Part shown: piece by piece, positions 37,914 through 47,803 of the stretch
Layout: the number at the start of each line of letters is the position of its first letter
How positions within the stretch are numbered: position 1 is the stretch's first letter
Source of the DNA: an uncultured Chloroflexia bacterium
GTDB taxonomy: Bacteria > Chloroflexota > Limnocylindria > QHBO01
Assembly: GCA_963771155.1 (NCBI GenBank)
Contig: CAVYSK010000018.1
Span: 7,302 to 71,301, forward strand
DNA: 64,000 nt
Reading direction: 5' to 3'
The notes under the pieces: generated by a model
What the model saw: only the letters and a program-made list of their open reading frames with translations
Told to the model about the DNA's origin: nothing
Databases searched by the model: none
Translations under genes and position numbers: made by a program

Positions 37914-38621
37914 ATGGGGTCGAGCGCAAAGAACGAGTACTGCGCCTTCACGAAGGCTGTCGAACACCTCGGAGACCGATGGAGCCTGCTCATCGTCCGT
38001 GAGTTGGCGCAGTTCGGGCCGCAGGGCTTCAACACCCTGGCGACCGGCCTGCCCGGCCGCGTCTCGCGCTCCGTGCTGGCCGCCAAGCTGCGCAAGCTCG
38101 AAGAGATCGGGCTGGTCGCGCGAGACCCAGCGGTCTCCGGTCGGTCGGCGCCGTACACCCTGACGCCGGCGGGGGAGCAGCTGGTGCCGACCCTGATGTC
38201 GTTCTGGAATTGGGCCGAGCACTGGGTGCCGGAGGATCCGGCGGCTGCCGCGCGCGATCCAACCATGATCCTGTGGTGGCTGCGGCATCGGATCAATCCG
38301 GCGGCGGCCCCGGAGCAGCAGGTGGCGATCGAGGTCGCCGTGCGCGACGCTCAGCCCGAGCGGACGTGGCTGCTGCTGGCGCGCGGGACCGAGCCGAACC
38401 TGTGCGACGAGGATCCGATGATCGGCGAAGAGCGTTACGTGTACGTCGAGGGGGGCGTCCACGACCTCCTGCCGATCGCCCGGGGCCAGAGGTCGTGGGC
38501 CGACGCCATCGGCGACGGATCGGTGACCGCCTACGGTCCGCCGCAGCTCGTCTCGGCCCTTGCCGGCTGGTTCGTGCCGCCGACGGTTGTCTCGCCTATG
38601 CCGGCGCGCGTGTCCGCCTAG
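37914..38621 (+). CDS. HxlR-family transcriptional regulator with a C-terminal extension
   Basis: CAFTKAVEHLGDRWSLLIVREL is the HxlR wHTH signature. Divergent from the monooxygenase gene. Confidence 0.7.
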   Translation: MGSSAKNEYCAFTKAVEHLGDRWSLLIVRELAQFGPQGFNTLATGLPGRVSRSVLAAKLRKLEEIGLVARDPAVSGRSAPYTLTPAGEQLVPTLMSFWNWAEHWVPEDPAAAARDPTMILWWLRHRINPAAAPEQQVAIEVAVRDAQPERTWLLLARGTEPNLCDEDPMIGEERYVYVEGGVHDLLPIARGQRSWADAIGDGSVTAYGPPQLVSALAGWFVPPTVVSPMPARVSA

Positions 38622-38671
38622 CGGCTCCCAGGTCGCAGCGGCGCGTGTGTGTGTGGGCGGGGAGCTCCGTT

Positions 38672-38690
38672 CGTATATATGCGATATACG
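38672..38690. promoter_or_regulatory. AT-rich palindrome CGTATAT-ATGCG-ATATACG (copy 1 of a recurring motif)
   Basis: Perfect 7-bp arms, 96 nt upstream of the 38786 start. The same arms recur at 59745-59763. Confidence 0.45.
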
Positions 38691-38785
38691 CTCGGGTGGA
38701 TCCCGCGCCGGGTGGCGCTGTCAGCGGATAGTGGCAGGGCCATCCCCGTAGTTCGGCCGTAGTCGCCCTCGCATATGGTGCGGGT

Positions 38786-40162
38786 ATGAACTTGCGATCG
38801 ACCTGGGCCAGCCTCGCGCTGATCTCGCTGGTCCTTGTCGCCTGCACCGGGACGCAGCCCTCGCCGTCCGCATCGGTTCCTGCACCGAGCCCCTCGGTCG
38901 CGTCCGCATCCGCATCGGCCGAGGCCGTGCCCGAGAGCCACGAGCCAACACCGACCGCGGGCACCACCGCCGAGCAGGCCGGCTCCATGCTCCGCGTCCA
39001 GGCCGCTGGGGTCCGGATGCGGGCCGAACCGAGCGCGAGCGGCGACCTCGTTGCCACGCTGCCTGCTGGCGCGTCGGTCTTGCGGACCGATGCCGAGGCA
39101 GTCGAAGCCGACGACCTGGCCTGGTACGAGGTCCAGTTCGGCGAGACGACGGGCTGGGTCGCCTCCGGCCCCGAGGGCGACTGGCTGGCATCGGTGACGA
39201 ACGGCCGCATCGGCTTCGCCTGCACCGCCTGCGGGGACGCCGGCTCGCGCGCGGCCGCGTCGGTGGAGCCCGACGGATCGGCTCAGCGGATCCTCCTGTC
39301 CGCCTTCGGATCGCCGACCTGGTCGCCCGATGGCACGCAGGTCGTCATCGAGTCCGAGGCCGGCGAATTCGAGCGAGCCCTGACCCTCATGGCCGCCGAT
39401 GGCAGCGACGCGACACCGCTGGGCGAGGGCTCAGGCGCCGCCTGGTCGCCGGACGGGGAGTGGCTCGCGTTCTCCAATCACTCCGCGGGAACGCTGGTCG
39501 TGATCGCCCCCGACGGCCGGCGGTTCGACCTGACCGTGAACGATCACGGGGCGCCCGACGCCCTGGCCTGGTCGCCGGACAGCACCCAGCTTGCACTTGT
39601 GGCCATTGACTGCGACGGATGCCCGACCGACGAGCCGCTCATGGGCGACGTGCCGCGCGGCATCTACCTGTTCGCACCGCCGATGGGCTCCGTCGATCGG
39701 CTCGTGGGATCCGGCTTCTACGGCCAGCCCACCTGGAGCCCGGACGGGAGCTCACTGACGTACTTCGCGACGGATCTGAGCTCCGTCCACGAGGTGAGGC
39801 GGCTTGACGTCGCCGATGGGACGGTCACCACGCTCGCATCCGACGACTTGCACCTGAGCGGGGCGATGTCGCCGGACGGCTCGAGGCTCGCGGCGCAGAC
39901 CACGGAGGGCATCGTGGTGGCCGATGCGGACGGTGGCCATCAGCGCATGCTCGTGCCTCGAACCGACGACCCGAACGACGCGACGCCGGTGTCCCCGCGA
40001 TGGTCTCCGGATGGTCGATGGATCCTCTACGACATGGCCCTGATGAACGCGATGCGATCGAAGCTGGATCGTGCCGGCGGACGGCTCCGGCGAGCCGCAG
40101 CGCATGTCGGAGGATGCGTACCAAGCCGCCTGGCAGCCGGTCCTGGTCCCGCTCGAGGACTG
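38786..40162 (+). CDS. Lipoprotein with an SH3b-like domain and a TolB-like beta-propeller. 1-2 frame breaks near ~40040-40060.
   Basis: Lipobox SLVLVACTG. SH3-like VRMRAEPSASGDLVATLPAGASV...WYEVQFGETTGWVAS. Five or more WSPDG repeats. The true C-terminus ...SWIVPADGSGEPQRMSEDAYQAAWQPVLVPLED* is in another frame, with stop at 40160-40162. Confidence 0.65.
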
Positions 40163-40178
40163 AGCCGGCTTCACTTGC

Positions 40179-40194
40179 GTACGTTTCGTACAAT
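40179..40194 (+). promoter_or_regulatory. Operator-like palindrome GTACG-TTT-CGTAC overlapping a TACAAT -10 box 6 nt from the antitoxin ATG, implying a leaderless mRNA
   Basis: Read directly. TACAAT at 40189-40194, ATG at 40201. No SD sequence in between. Confidence 0.4.
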
Positions 40195-40200
40195 TCGTCC

Positions 40201-40455
40201 ATGAGCGAGCGGCGGATCAGCGAAGCCCGGGAGTACTTCTCCACGACTGTTAACCGGGTGGCCTTCGGCGGCGAGCGCGTCGTCCTGACCCGGCATGGGC
40301 GGCGTGTCGCGGCTGTGGTCCCGATCGAGGACCTGGAGCTGCTCGAGTCCCTCGAGGACGCGCGCGACCTCGACGACGTCCGCGCAGCGCTGAGCGACCC
40401 GGTGAACCGCGACCGCATCGGCTGGGAGGAGCTCAAGGCCGAGCTCCAGCTCTGA
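40201..40455 (+). CDS. Phd/YefM-family antitoxin
   Basis: MSERRISEAREYFSTTVNRVAFGGERVVLTRHGRRVAAVVPIEDLELLE is the typical Phd/YefM N-terminal domain. Confidence 0.8.
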   Translation: MSERRISEAREYFSTTVNRVAFGGERVVLTRHGRRVAAVVPIEDLELLESLEDARDLDDVRAALSDPVNRDRIGWEELKAELQL

Positions 40456-40464
40456 CCTGCATCG

Positions 40465-40716
40465 ATGTACGCGATCGAGCTGCTGCCCTCGGCCGCACGC
40501 GCGGTGGCGAAGCTCGAGCCGCCGATCCGGCGACGCATCGGGAGGCGAATCGACCGGCTGGCATCGGATCCGCGCGCCGATGCTGTGAAGCTCCGTGGCG
40601 CGGACGACGTCTGGCGCGTACGGGTCGGGGACTACCGCATCCTGTACGTCATCGAGGATCGGCGCCTGGTCGTGGTGGTGGTTCGGATCGCACATCGGCG
40701 CGAAGCGTACCGCTGA
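40465..40716 (+). CDS. RelE/ParE-family toxin
   Basis: 83 aa. ...LRGADDVWRVRVGDYRILYVIEDRRLVVVVVRIAHRREAY is the RelE/ParE core motif. Starts 9 nt after the antitoxin. Confidence 0.8.
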   Translation: MYAIELLPSAARAVAKLEPPIRRRIGRRIDRLASDPRADAVKLRGADDVWRVRVGDYRILYVIEDRRLVVVVVRIAHRREAYR

Positions 40717-41197
40717 GCGTGTTGAGGTCGAGGCGGAGGATCCGTTCGCCCTGTGGGTCGAACCCGCCGGTCGGGACGAAACCGAGCCGATCGTAGAAGC
40801 CGTCCGGCCCACCTTCGGCGACCACGTGGCTCGTGAACAGCTCGGTCGCCCCCTCCGCGCGGATGAGCTCGACCACTCGCTCGATAACAGCCCGACCGAT
40901 GCCCCGTCCCTGGTCGGGTTCATCCACGATCAGCTTCCACAGGAACCAGGGGCCGATGATGTCCGGCGGCCGCGGCGTGACTTCCCAGCTGAGCATCACG
41001 AACCCGACCGGCTCGCCGTCCAGGTAGACGGCGCGGTACCACGGGCTCCCCTCGGGGGTCTCCGCGGCCTCCTCGATCGAATCGGCGACCGATGACACGA
41101 ACAGCCCCTCGGCCGGCCCAGCGTGGAGTGCGAGGACGGCCTCCCGGTTGACGTCGGTGACCTCGCGAAGCTCGATCGGCGGCGCGGCCGAGGTCAC
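40649..41197 (-). CDS. GNAT-family N-acetyltransferase
   Basis: QGRGIGRAVIERVVELIR is the acetyl-CoA-binding motif. The GTG start overlaps the upstream stop (GTGA). As read, the 3' end overlaps the RelE gene by 68 nt. Confidence 0.65.
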   Translation of the reverse strand: MTSAAPPIELREVTDVNREAVLALHAGPAEGLFVSSVADSIEEAAETPEGSPWYRAVYLDGEPVGFVMLSWEVTPRPPDIIGPWFLWKLIVDEPDQGRGIGRAVIERVVELIRAEGATELFTSHVVAEGGPDGFYDRLGFVPTGGFDPQGERILRLDLNTLSGTLRADVRSEPPPRPGADPR

Positions 41198-41535
41198 GAC
41201 GCAGCCGCGGGGCCGACGTTGACGATCGTGTCGCCGCCGAAGACGTAGGGCTGGGCGATCTGGAACGCATCGGCTTTGGCGTTCCATGCCTCGAAGCGCG
41301 GGTCGCTGTCGTGGACGTGGTGGCCCTCGTCGGTGGCGAAGATGGCGACGACCAGGTACTGCACGGCGCCGTCGACCTCTTTCGTGCTGATGTCGAGGCG
41401 CGTCAGGGTCGCCATCACCAGCAGCTCGCGGCCGTGCAGGTCCTGCCAGATCGGCAGCTCCTCCGCCTGGAAGCCCTGCTCGAACTCCTCCGCCTGCGCA
41501 CTGTCCACGTTGAGCACGATGCCGATGGTCTGCAT
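41194..41535 (-). CDS. Small hypothetical protein (113 aa)
   Basis: Clean ORF from MQTIGIVLNVDSAQAEEFEQGF..., translationally coupled to the GNAT gene. No motif recognised. Confidence 0.45.
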   Translation of the reverse strand: MQTIGIVLNVDSAQAEEFEQGFQAEELPIWQDLHGRELLVMATLTRLDISTKEVDGAVQYLVVAIFATDEGHHVHDSDPRFEAWNAKADAFQIAQPYVFGGDTIVNVGPAAAS

Positions 41536-41700
41536 CACGATTCCTCCATTAGCACGGGCGGTCCACACGGTAACCCGGCCCGAACCAACGGCGTGCGGAA
41601 ATATCCTGGGTGCAGTCTTCATTTCCGGTGCGTTGCGGACTACCGTAAGGCAACGGCGACCTCAGGACTTTCTCGGTCAGGACCCCGCGCCGCGGCGGGG

Positions 41701-42354
41701 GTGGCGCTCGTGCTGGTGCTCGGGCTGGTCGGGTGCGCGTCGGAACAGGGCACGTCGCCCAGCGCCGGCGTCGGTGGGCCGGCACCGCCCGTGGTCGCCG
41801 ATGCAAACGAGCCGGCACGGTCGCCACGCGAGGCGCGGCTGCTGGAGCGGGCGCCGCATCAATCCGAGATCACAGTAGTCGACGTCGTCGCGTTGCCGTC
41901 GAGCGCGACGAGCCCACGCGGGTTCGCGATCCTGCTGAACGGCGACGTCGGGCTGTCGGCGGTCATCCGCACGCTGCGGATCTCGGCCTCGATGGAGCCG
42001 ATCGACGCGACCGGGTGCGGAATACCCCCAATTCCGATCGTGCTGCATCCGGACCACGAGGACGCGATGCAGCCGGTCCTCACGGACGAGACGCGGGTCC
42101 TGGTCGTCCGATCGCGGGGCATCCCGGAACCCGGTGCCGGCTCCCGCATCCAGGCGAGCTTCCGCTACGGACCTGTTCCATCGCTCAACGGTGAGTTCGA
42201 GGGCTGGGTGTCCTTCCAGTTTCCGGCGACTTCCGACCTCGGGCTCTGCGCCTTCGAGGTGCGGGGGGCGGTCACCGTCGTCGCGGGCGAGACGACGACC
42301 GCGGAGCTTCCACTGGTCCGGATCGAGGCCCGCCTTCGGCCCGACGGCGGCTGA
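41701..42354 (+). CDS. Lipoprotein, hypothetical. The 5' end is uncertain.
   Basis: Lipobox LGLVGCAS. No good in-frame start with a charged n-region. A TTG at 41633 in another frame (LRTTVRQRRPQDFLGQDPAPRRG) would join through the G5 run at 41697-41701. Confidence 0.45.
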   Translation: MALVLVLGLVGCASEQGTSPSAGVGGPAPPVVADANEPARSPREARLLERAPHQSEITVVDVVALPSSATSPRGFAILLNGDVGLSAVIRTLRISASMEPIDATGCGIPPIPIVLHPDHEDAMQPVLTDETRVLVVRSRGIPEPGAGSRIQASFRYGPVPSLNGEFEGWVSFQFPATSDLGLCAFEVRGAVTVVAGETTTAELPLVRIEARLRPDGG

Positions 42355-42383
42355 CCGCCCCATCGACGACCTGGTGGGCGGTG

Positions 42384-42833
42384 TCAGCGGGATCGTCGAT
42401 GCGGGCTAACGTCCGTATCCGCGCGCCGAAGGAGCATCGCGCCGAGCATGACGGGAATCATCAGCACGTGCTGTAGGTCGAGGAGCGCGTCGCCCGAGAT
42501 GACGCCGGCCCAGAGCGGCGGGAACAGCGCCGCGAGCGGCACGGTCATCGCTGCGGCCATCTCGGCGGATGCTCGGCGAGAGTGACCGCGAACCAGCATC
42601 CAGGCGACCATCGGTACCGTCATGGTTGCGGCCATGTAGAGCGCCTGGATCTCGATCGGGCTGTCGTGCGGCATGCCCAGCACGGCGGTCAGCACGCCCA
42701 TGCCGACGAACATGGCGATCAGCATCTCGACGAAGTGCGCGACGAACGTGAGCCACCGGCGGCCGTGATGCGTGGTGCTGAGAGGTCGCGCGCCATCGTC
42801 GGGAAGCGGCAACGCGATCGTGTTGGTGGTCAT
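42384..42833 (-). CDS. Integral membrane protein, unknown function
   Basis: Four hydrophobic helices (FVAHFVEMLIAMFVGMGVLTAVLG ...). No motif recognised. Confidence 0.45.
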   Translation of the reverse strand: MTTNTIALPLPDDGARPLSTTHHGRRWLTFVAHFVEMLIAMFVGMGVLTAVLGMPHDSPIEIQALYMAATMTVPMVAWMLVRGHSRRASAEMAAAMTVPLAALFPPLWAGVISGDALLDLQHVLMIPVMLGAMLLRRADTDVSPHRRSR

Positions 42834-42970
42834 GGACGTGGATCGCTGCGAGTTTGGACGATGTCGGGCATCGTCGACGAGCGAGCGCCCTTGCGCCACC
42901 GGCAACCGTTCGGCGATCGACGCGACAATCGGCACGGACCGCTACGTCAACGCGCCGGCACGTGCCCGAT

Positions 42971-43432
42971 TCACAGCACGTCCGTCACGAGACCGTCCCA
43001 CGACCAGCGAGGGATGCGGAGGCCGTCCGGGACGTCGTCCGCGGAGTCGTGGTACTCGGCCATTGGGGTGGTCGTCGCCCACGCGAAGTAGTCGTGAAGC
43101 ACGTGCCGCAGCTGGTCGTCATCGGCCAGTCCGGCATCCACCAGCGCCTGGTCGAAGCAGGCGATCGCACGCCGATCCATCTCGTCGTGGACGCCGTTGC
43201 CACTGTGCATGCGGACGACCGATGATGCGTCGGCGTACGCATCGGTGTAGGCGGTGGGGCCACCCAGCGCTTCCGCCCAGTACGCGGCGAGGCGCTCGGT
43301 GTGCTGCGGATGGAAGCCGTGGCTGAACGCGTGGCTCACCACCTCGTCCGCCATCACCCGGGCGTGCCACGCGCCTGCCAAGCGGAGCATGCCCTCCATG
43401 CCGCCCGCGGCCTCGAAGACCGACCGATGCAT
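42971..43432 (-). CDS. glbO: Group II truncated haemoglobin (GlbO/YjbI-like)
   Basis: 153 aa. ...FEAAGGMEGMLRLAGAWHARVMADEVVSHAF...HTERLAAYWAEALGGPTAY...RMHSGNG is typical trHb sequence. Confidence 0.65.
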   Translation of the reverse strand: MHRSVFEAAGGMEGMLRLAGAWHARVMADEVVSHAFSHGFHPQHTERLAAYWAEALGGPTAYTDAYADASSVVRMHSGNGVHDEMDRRAIACFDQALVDAGLADDDQLRHVLHDYFAWATTTPMAEYHDSADDVPDGLRIPRWSWDGLVTDVL

Positions 43433-43572
43433 GTTCGAAGGATCGCACAGGAATGACCAGGACGGTCAAGGCGGTCGCGGGCTCCCTTGCCACATGGAGC
43501 GAGCCGGGGAGAAAGGTTCGCCGAAGCCGTGCCGCGCGATGTGGGAGGATCATCGTGCGAGGACATAACAGA

Positions 43573-46500
43573 ATGACTCTGCACGAGCTCGAAAACCTGG
43601 AAGCGGCGCGGGCCGCCCTGGAGCAGCAGCGACCCACCTTGGGCGATGCCGTGGTCGAAGCGGCTCTCCGCCCCATCGAGCAGAAACTGACCGCGCTGCG
43701 CAATGCCTCCGCAGCCGAGCAGCTGAAGCCGGTCGCGGTGCTATTCGCCGATGTCGCCGGGTTCACATCACTGTCCGAGCGGCGGGACCCCGAGGACGTC
43801 CGAGAGATCATCGACGCCTACTTCGGACGGTGGACCACCGAGATCGATCGCTACGGGGGGAGGGTCGAGAAGTTTATCGGCGACGCGGTCGTGGCGGCAT
43901 TCGGGGTCGCGGTCATCCAGGAGGACGACACGGAGCGCGCCGTGCTCGCGGCGTTGGCGATGCGCGACGCCCTGACCGACCTCAACCAGGAGCTCCAGGA
44001 GACCCATGGGGAGGCGCTCACCATGCGGGTCGGTATCGCCACCGGCCCGACACTGGTGAGCCTAGTGGGTGACCGATACCAGGACTTCGTCCTCGTGGGC
44101 GACACGGTCAACGTCGCGAGCCGGCTGCAGACCGTGGCGCCCGACAACGGCATCCTCATTTCCGGCGATGCGGCAGCGTTGACCCGGGGTAGATTCGAGC
44201 TCGAATCCGTTCCACCCCTGGAGCTCAAGGGCAAGTCTGAGCCCGTGGTCGCCTATGTGGTGAGGGGATTGGGGCGCAGCGCCTTCGCCTCGGGCGAGTC
44301 GGCCGGTCCACTGGTGGGCCGCGGTGTCGAGCTCGGCGCTCTCCACTCGGCGTTGGCGGAGGTGGTTTCCTCGGGCCGCCCCCGGTTGGTGGTCGTCGTC
44401 GCTGACGCCGGTCTGGGCAAGTCGCGTCTGTTGGTCGAGTTCGAACACGCGCTCGGCGCTGCTCCCGAACCGACCAGCCGTTTCACCGCCAAAGCGACGT
44501 CGGAGACGACCACCCTGCCCTACGGGTTACTGCGGGCGCTGGTCACCGAGCGCCTCGGATTGGCCGACACGGACCCCCTCGAAGAAGTCCAGGAGCGGCT
44601 GAGGTCGCTGGCCGGGATCGACGAGCCGCTGCGCGCGGTGCGAGTTGGCCGCCTGCTCGGCTTCGAGATCACCGCCGAAGGGGTGGACCCCAAAGAGGTC
44701 TACGAGGGTGGCCTCGGCGACCTTGTGTCGATGCTTGAGCGCGCCGCCACGGGGCAGGCTGCGGTGGTGCTGCTGGAGGACATCCATTGGGCAGACGAGG
44801 CCTCGCTCGATGTCATCGATCATCTGCTGGATTCGGTGGACGGGCCGCTGCTGGTGGTGGCGTCAGCCCGGCCGACGATCATGGAGCGACGATCCAGGTG
44901 GCGGGATGATCCCCGGACCACCTGGATGGATCTGGCACCCCTCGGTTCTGCCGAGGCCGGCACGCTGCTCGGCGCGCTTCTTCCCGGCGGGGCGGTCTCC
45001 CAGCCGGTTGCCGACATGGTCCATGCAGCCGCCCAGGGCAATCCCTACTACCTCGAGGAGCTGGCGCGGATGCTGGCGGACACCGGAGCAGTTCGTCTCC
45101 AGCGGGGCGAGTACCTGCTCGACTGGGATCGCATGGACCCGGTTGGGGTTCCCACGACGCTGACCGGTGTGCTCCATGCCCGGATCGACGCCGTCCCCGC
45201 TGGGGAGAGGGATGTGCTCGACCGGGCCGCGGTGGTTGGGCGCACGTTCTGGGACGCGGCCGTCGAGCATCTGGCGGACCGGCCGACCGGGGCCGACTCC
45301 GACCTGTCGGCGTTGGCCGGCCGCAGCATGGTGGTCCGTCGGAACCGCTCCCAATTCGGCGGGACCGCCGAGTACGACTTCGATCACGGCCTGCTCCGAG
45401 ACGCCACGTACCAGGCGCTGCTCCGCCGACGGCGTTCGACCTACCACGCCAGAGCGGCGGGATGGTTAGAGGAGGTCACCGCGGCCTCAGGACGGTCGGA
45501 TGAGTTCTCGGGGCAGATCGCCCGCCACCATGCCGAGGCAGGCGCCGGCGAGGAGGCCGCTGCCTGGTATCTCCGTGCTGCAGACCGCGCCGCTGGCCAA
45601 TACGCCAACGAGGAGGCGATCCACTTCCTCGACCTCGCCATCGCTCTGATCCCGGTCGAGGCCCCCGAGGAGCTTTGGGGGGCGGTGGAGCGGCGAGAGA
45701 GGTTGCACGGCGTCATCGGATTGAGGGAGGCGCAGAGTCGCGACCTCGAGATGATGACCGAGATCGCGGAGGCGCTGGACGACATGGGTCGGCGAGCCGA
45801 AGCCGCCCTTCGCGACGCCGACCAAGCGGAGCGGATGGGTGAATATGAGCGGGCCATCGGCGATGCAAACCGCGCCATGGCCTGGGCGCGCGACGACGGC
45901 GATGTGGAACGTGAGGTTCGCAGTCTCCGACAGTTGGCTGCGGTGCGGTGGCGAACGGGGGACCTCGCTGGTGCCCGGCGGGTGATCGACGAGGGATTGG
46001 ATCTCGCGAAGCGGAACGGCCTCGACGAGTGGGAGGGCAGGCTGCTGCGCAACTGGGGGATGGTCGAGGAGCATCTCGGCGACTATGCGGCCGCCGAGCG
46101 TCACTACCAGGGAGCGCTGGAGCGGGCGCGCCGGCGAGCTGACCGGCGCGAGGTCGCCCTCGGCCTGAACGACCTAGGCATTGCCGCCTACTACCTGGGC
46201 GACCTCCTGAAGGCACTCCGCCTCGAGGAGGAGGCGCTGGCCATGAGGGTGGAGATGGGCGACCGGGTGGGAGAGGCGACCGTCCTCAACAACCTGGCGC
46301 TAACCACCGGCGCCATCGGCGACTTCGCAGCCTCCCGTGACCTGTTCTCTCGCACGATGGAGATCGCGGAAGACGTCGGTGACGCCGAGGGTGTCGCCGC
46401 ATCGATCCAGGGACTGGGGGTGATGACGTCCCGTCTCGGCGCCATCGATGACGCGCGCAGCCTGTTGGAGGATGCAACCCAGCGCTACCAGGATCTCGGC

Positions 46501-47049
46501 GACCCCCAGGGCACCAGCCAGTGCCTCGAGGAGCTGGGCTGGGCCGCGTTGGCATCGAATCAGGCTCCCGAGGCGCTGATCCTCGCTGATCGCGCGATGG
46601 AGCTGGCACGAGATGGCGGCTTCAGCCCGGAGGAGGCGAACGGGCGGCGCCTGCGGGGCCGCGTGCTCGCCTCACTGGGGCGGCCCGCCGAGGCGGTCGA
46701 GGCGCTGCGCCGAGCCGCCACCGATCAGGCGGCGATCGGCAACGAACCCTTCGCCGTCTCTGCGCGCGCCTGGCTGGCCGTCGCGCTGCATGCGCTGGGC
46801 GACAAGGCCGAAGCGCACTCGATAGCGGCAGAGTCGCTGACCGGATTGCTGGCGCTCGACGGTACCGGGGTCGACGACCCCGTGGGTGCCTACTTGGCAT
46901 GCGCCGAGGTGTTGGTGGCGACCGACGATCCACGGTCGGAGGAAGCATTGGCGGCGGCCCGCCGACTGATGGAGCGCCGCAGCGCCCTCATCAAGGACGA
47001 CGACGAGCGCGTCCGGTTCCAGGAATTCCATCGCCGCCGACTTCCGTGA
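43573..47049 (+). CDS. Class III adenylate/guanylate cyclase fused to a STAND/AAA ATPase and TPR repeats (intact, ~1158 aa)
   Basis: VLFADVAGFTSLSE, KFIGDAVVAAFG, VNVASRLQ. P-loop ADAGLGKSRL. The C-terminal half has TPR-like repeats (LGLNDLGIAAYYLGDLLKAL ...). Confidence 0.8.
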   Translation: MTLHELENLEAARAALEQQRPTLGDAVVEAALRPIEQKLTALRNASAAEQLKPVAVLFADVAGFTSLSERRDPEDVREIIDAYFGRWTTEIDRYGGRVEKFIGDAVVAAFGVAVIQEDDTERAVLAALAMRDALTDLNQELQETHGEALTMRVGIATGPTLVSLVGDRYQDFVLVGDTVNVASRLQTVAPDNGILISGDAAALTRGRFELESVPPLELKGKSEPVVAYVVRGLGRSAFASGESAGPLVGRGVELGALHSALAEVVSSGRPRLVVVVADAGLGKSRLLVEFEHALGAAPEPTSRFTAKATSETTTLPYGLLRALVTERLGLADTDPLEEVQERLRSLAGIDEPLRAVRVGRLLGFEITAEGVDPKEVYEGGLGDLVSMLERAATGQAAVVLLEDIHWADEASLDVIDHLLDSVDGPLLVVASARPTIMERRSRWRDDPRTTWMDLAPLGSAEAGTLLGALLPGGAVSQPVADMVHAAAQGNPYYLEELARMLADTGAVRLQRGEYLLDWDRMDPVGVPTTLTGVLHARIDAVPAGERDVLDRAAVVGRTFWDAAVEHLADRPTGADSDLSALAGRSMVVRRNRSQFGGTAEYDFDHGLLRDATYQALLRRRRSTYHARAAGWLEEVTAASGRSDEFSGQIARHHAEAGAGEEAAAWYLRAADRAAGQYANEEAIHFLDLAIALIPVEAPEELWGAVERRERLHGVIGLREAQSRDLEMMTEIAEALDDMGRRAEAALRDADQAERMGEYERAIGDANRAMAWARDDGDVEREVRSLRQLAAVRWRTGDLAGARRVIDEGLDLAKRNGLDEWEGRLLRNWGMVEEHLGDYAAAERHYQGALERARRRADRREVALGLNDLGIAAYYLGDLLKALRLEEEALAMRVEMGDRVGEATVLNNLALTTGAIGDFAASRDLFSRTMEIAEDVGDAEGVAASIQGLGVMTSRLGAIDDARSLLEDATQRYQDLGDPQGTSQCLEELGWAALASNQAPEALILADRAMELARDGGFSPEEANGRRLRGRVLASLGRPAEAVEALRRAATDQAAIGNEPFAVSARAWLAVALHALGDKAEAHSIAAESLTGLLALDGTGVDDPVGAYLACAEVLVATDDPRSEEALAAARRLMERRSALIKDDDERVRFQEFHRRRLP

Positions 47050-47143
47050 CATCTGTCGGCGTTCGCCGAGCGGGCTGTGCGAGGCCTTCGGGTTCTTCGA
47101 GTCCGGAACACCCATCGCCGCGGCGGCTTCGTACACTAGCCGC

Positions 47144-47803
47144 GTGGAGCGAGTCGCGGACAGAGCGTTCTGGGTGGCGATCGGCATCCTCCTCGTCGTC
47201 ATGGCCGTCTTCGTCGCTCTCCGGCTGGTGACCGACATTCCAAACCTGCTCTCCGGATCGCTCCCTGACGAGTCGGAGTTCCAGTACCGATACGCCGCGT
47301 ATCCCTGGCTGGCCTACGCCCACATCCTCCCCGGAGTGGTGTACCTGTCGCTGGCGCCGTTCCAGCTGTGGCGCGGCTTCCGGAACCGCAACCTGAGACG
47401 GCATCGGCGCATTGGGCGCATTGCAATCGTGGCCGGGCTGGCGAGCGGCGTCTTCGCCATCCTGTTCGGCTTCTTCCAGTCGTTCGGCGGTACCCTTCAG
47501 GCAACGGCCTCAGTCGTCTTCGGCGCCTGGTTCCTGACGTCCCTGCTCATCGCGTATCGAGCCGTGCGGCGCCGGGATATCACCACCCATCGGCGCTGGA
47601 TGATCCGGGCGTTCGCCGTCGGGCTGGCCGTCGGGACGATCCGCTTCTGGATCGGGCTGTTCGAGGGCTTCGGCATCCTCGAGACCCGGGATGCGTTCGG
47701 GATCGCCTTCTGGATCTCATTCCTGCTCCACGCCGCCGTCGCGGAGGTATGGCTGTACTGGCGTCCCGACCAGACGGGAGCGGTTCGGGGTGCTGGCGGA
47801 TGA
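47144..47803 (+). CDS. DUF2306-family membrane protein
   Basis: HILPGVVYLSLAPFQLW...RRHRRIGRI...HRRWMIRAFAVGLAVGTIRFW matches my memory of the DUF2306 pattern. Confidence 0.55.
   Translation: MERVADRAFWVAIGILLVVMAVFVALRLVTDIPNLLSGSLPDESEFQYRYAAYPWLAYAHILPGVVYLSLAPFQLWRGFRNRNLRRHRRIGRIAIVAGLASGVFAILFGFFQSFGGTLQATASVVFGAWFLTSLLIAYRAVRRRDITTHRRWMIRAFAVGLAVGTIRFWIGLFEGFGILETRDAFGIAFWISFLLHAAVAEVWLYWRPDQTGAVRGAGG

Noticed and set aside
38645-38654. (GT)5 microsatellite next to the AT-rich palindrome
   Set aside because: It is too short to argue for phase variation and lies ~130 nt upstream of the nearest start with no promoter spacing role evident.
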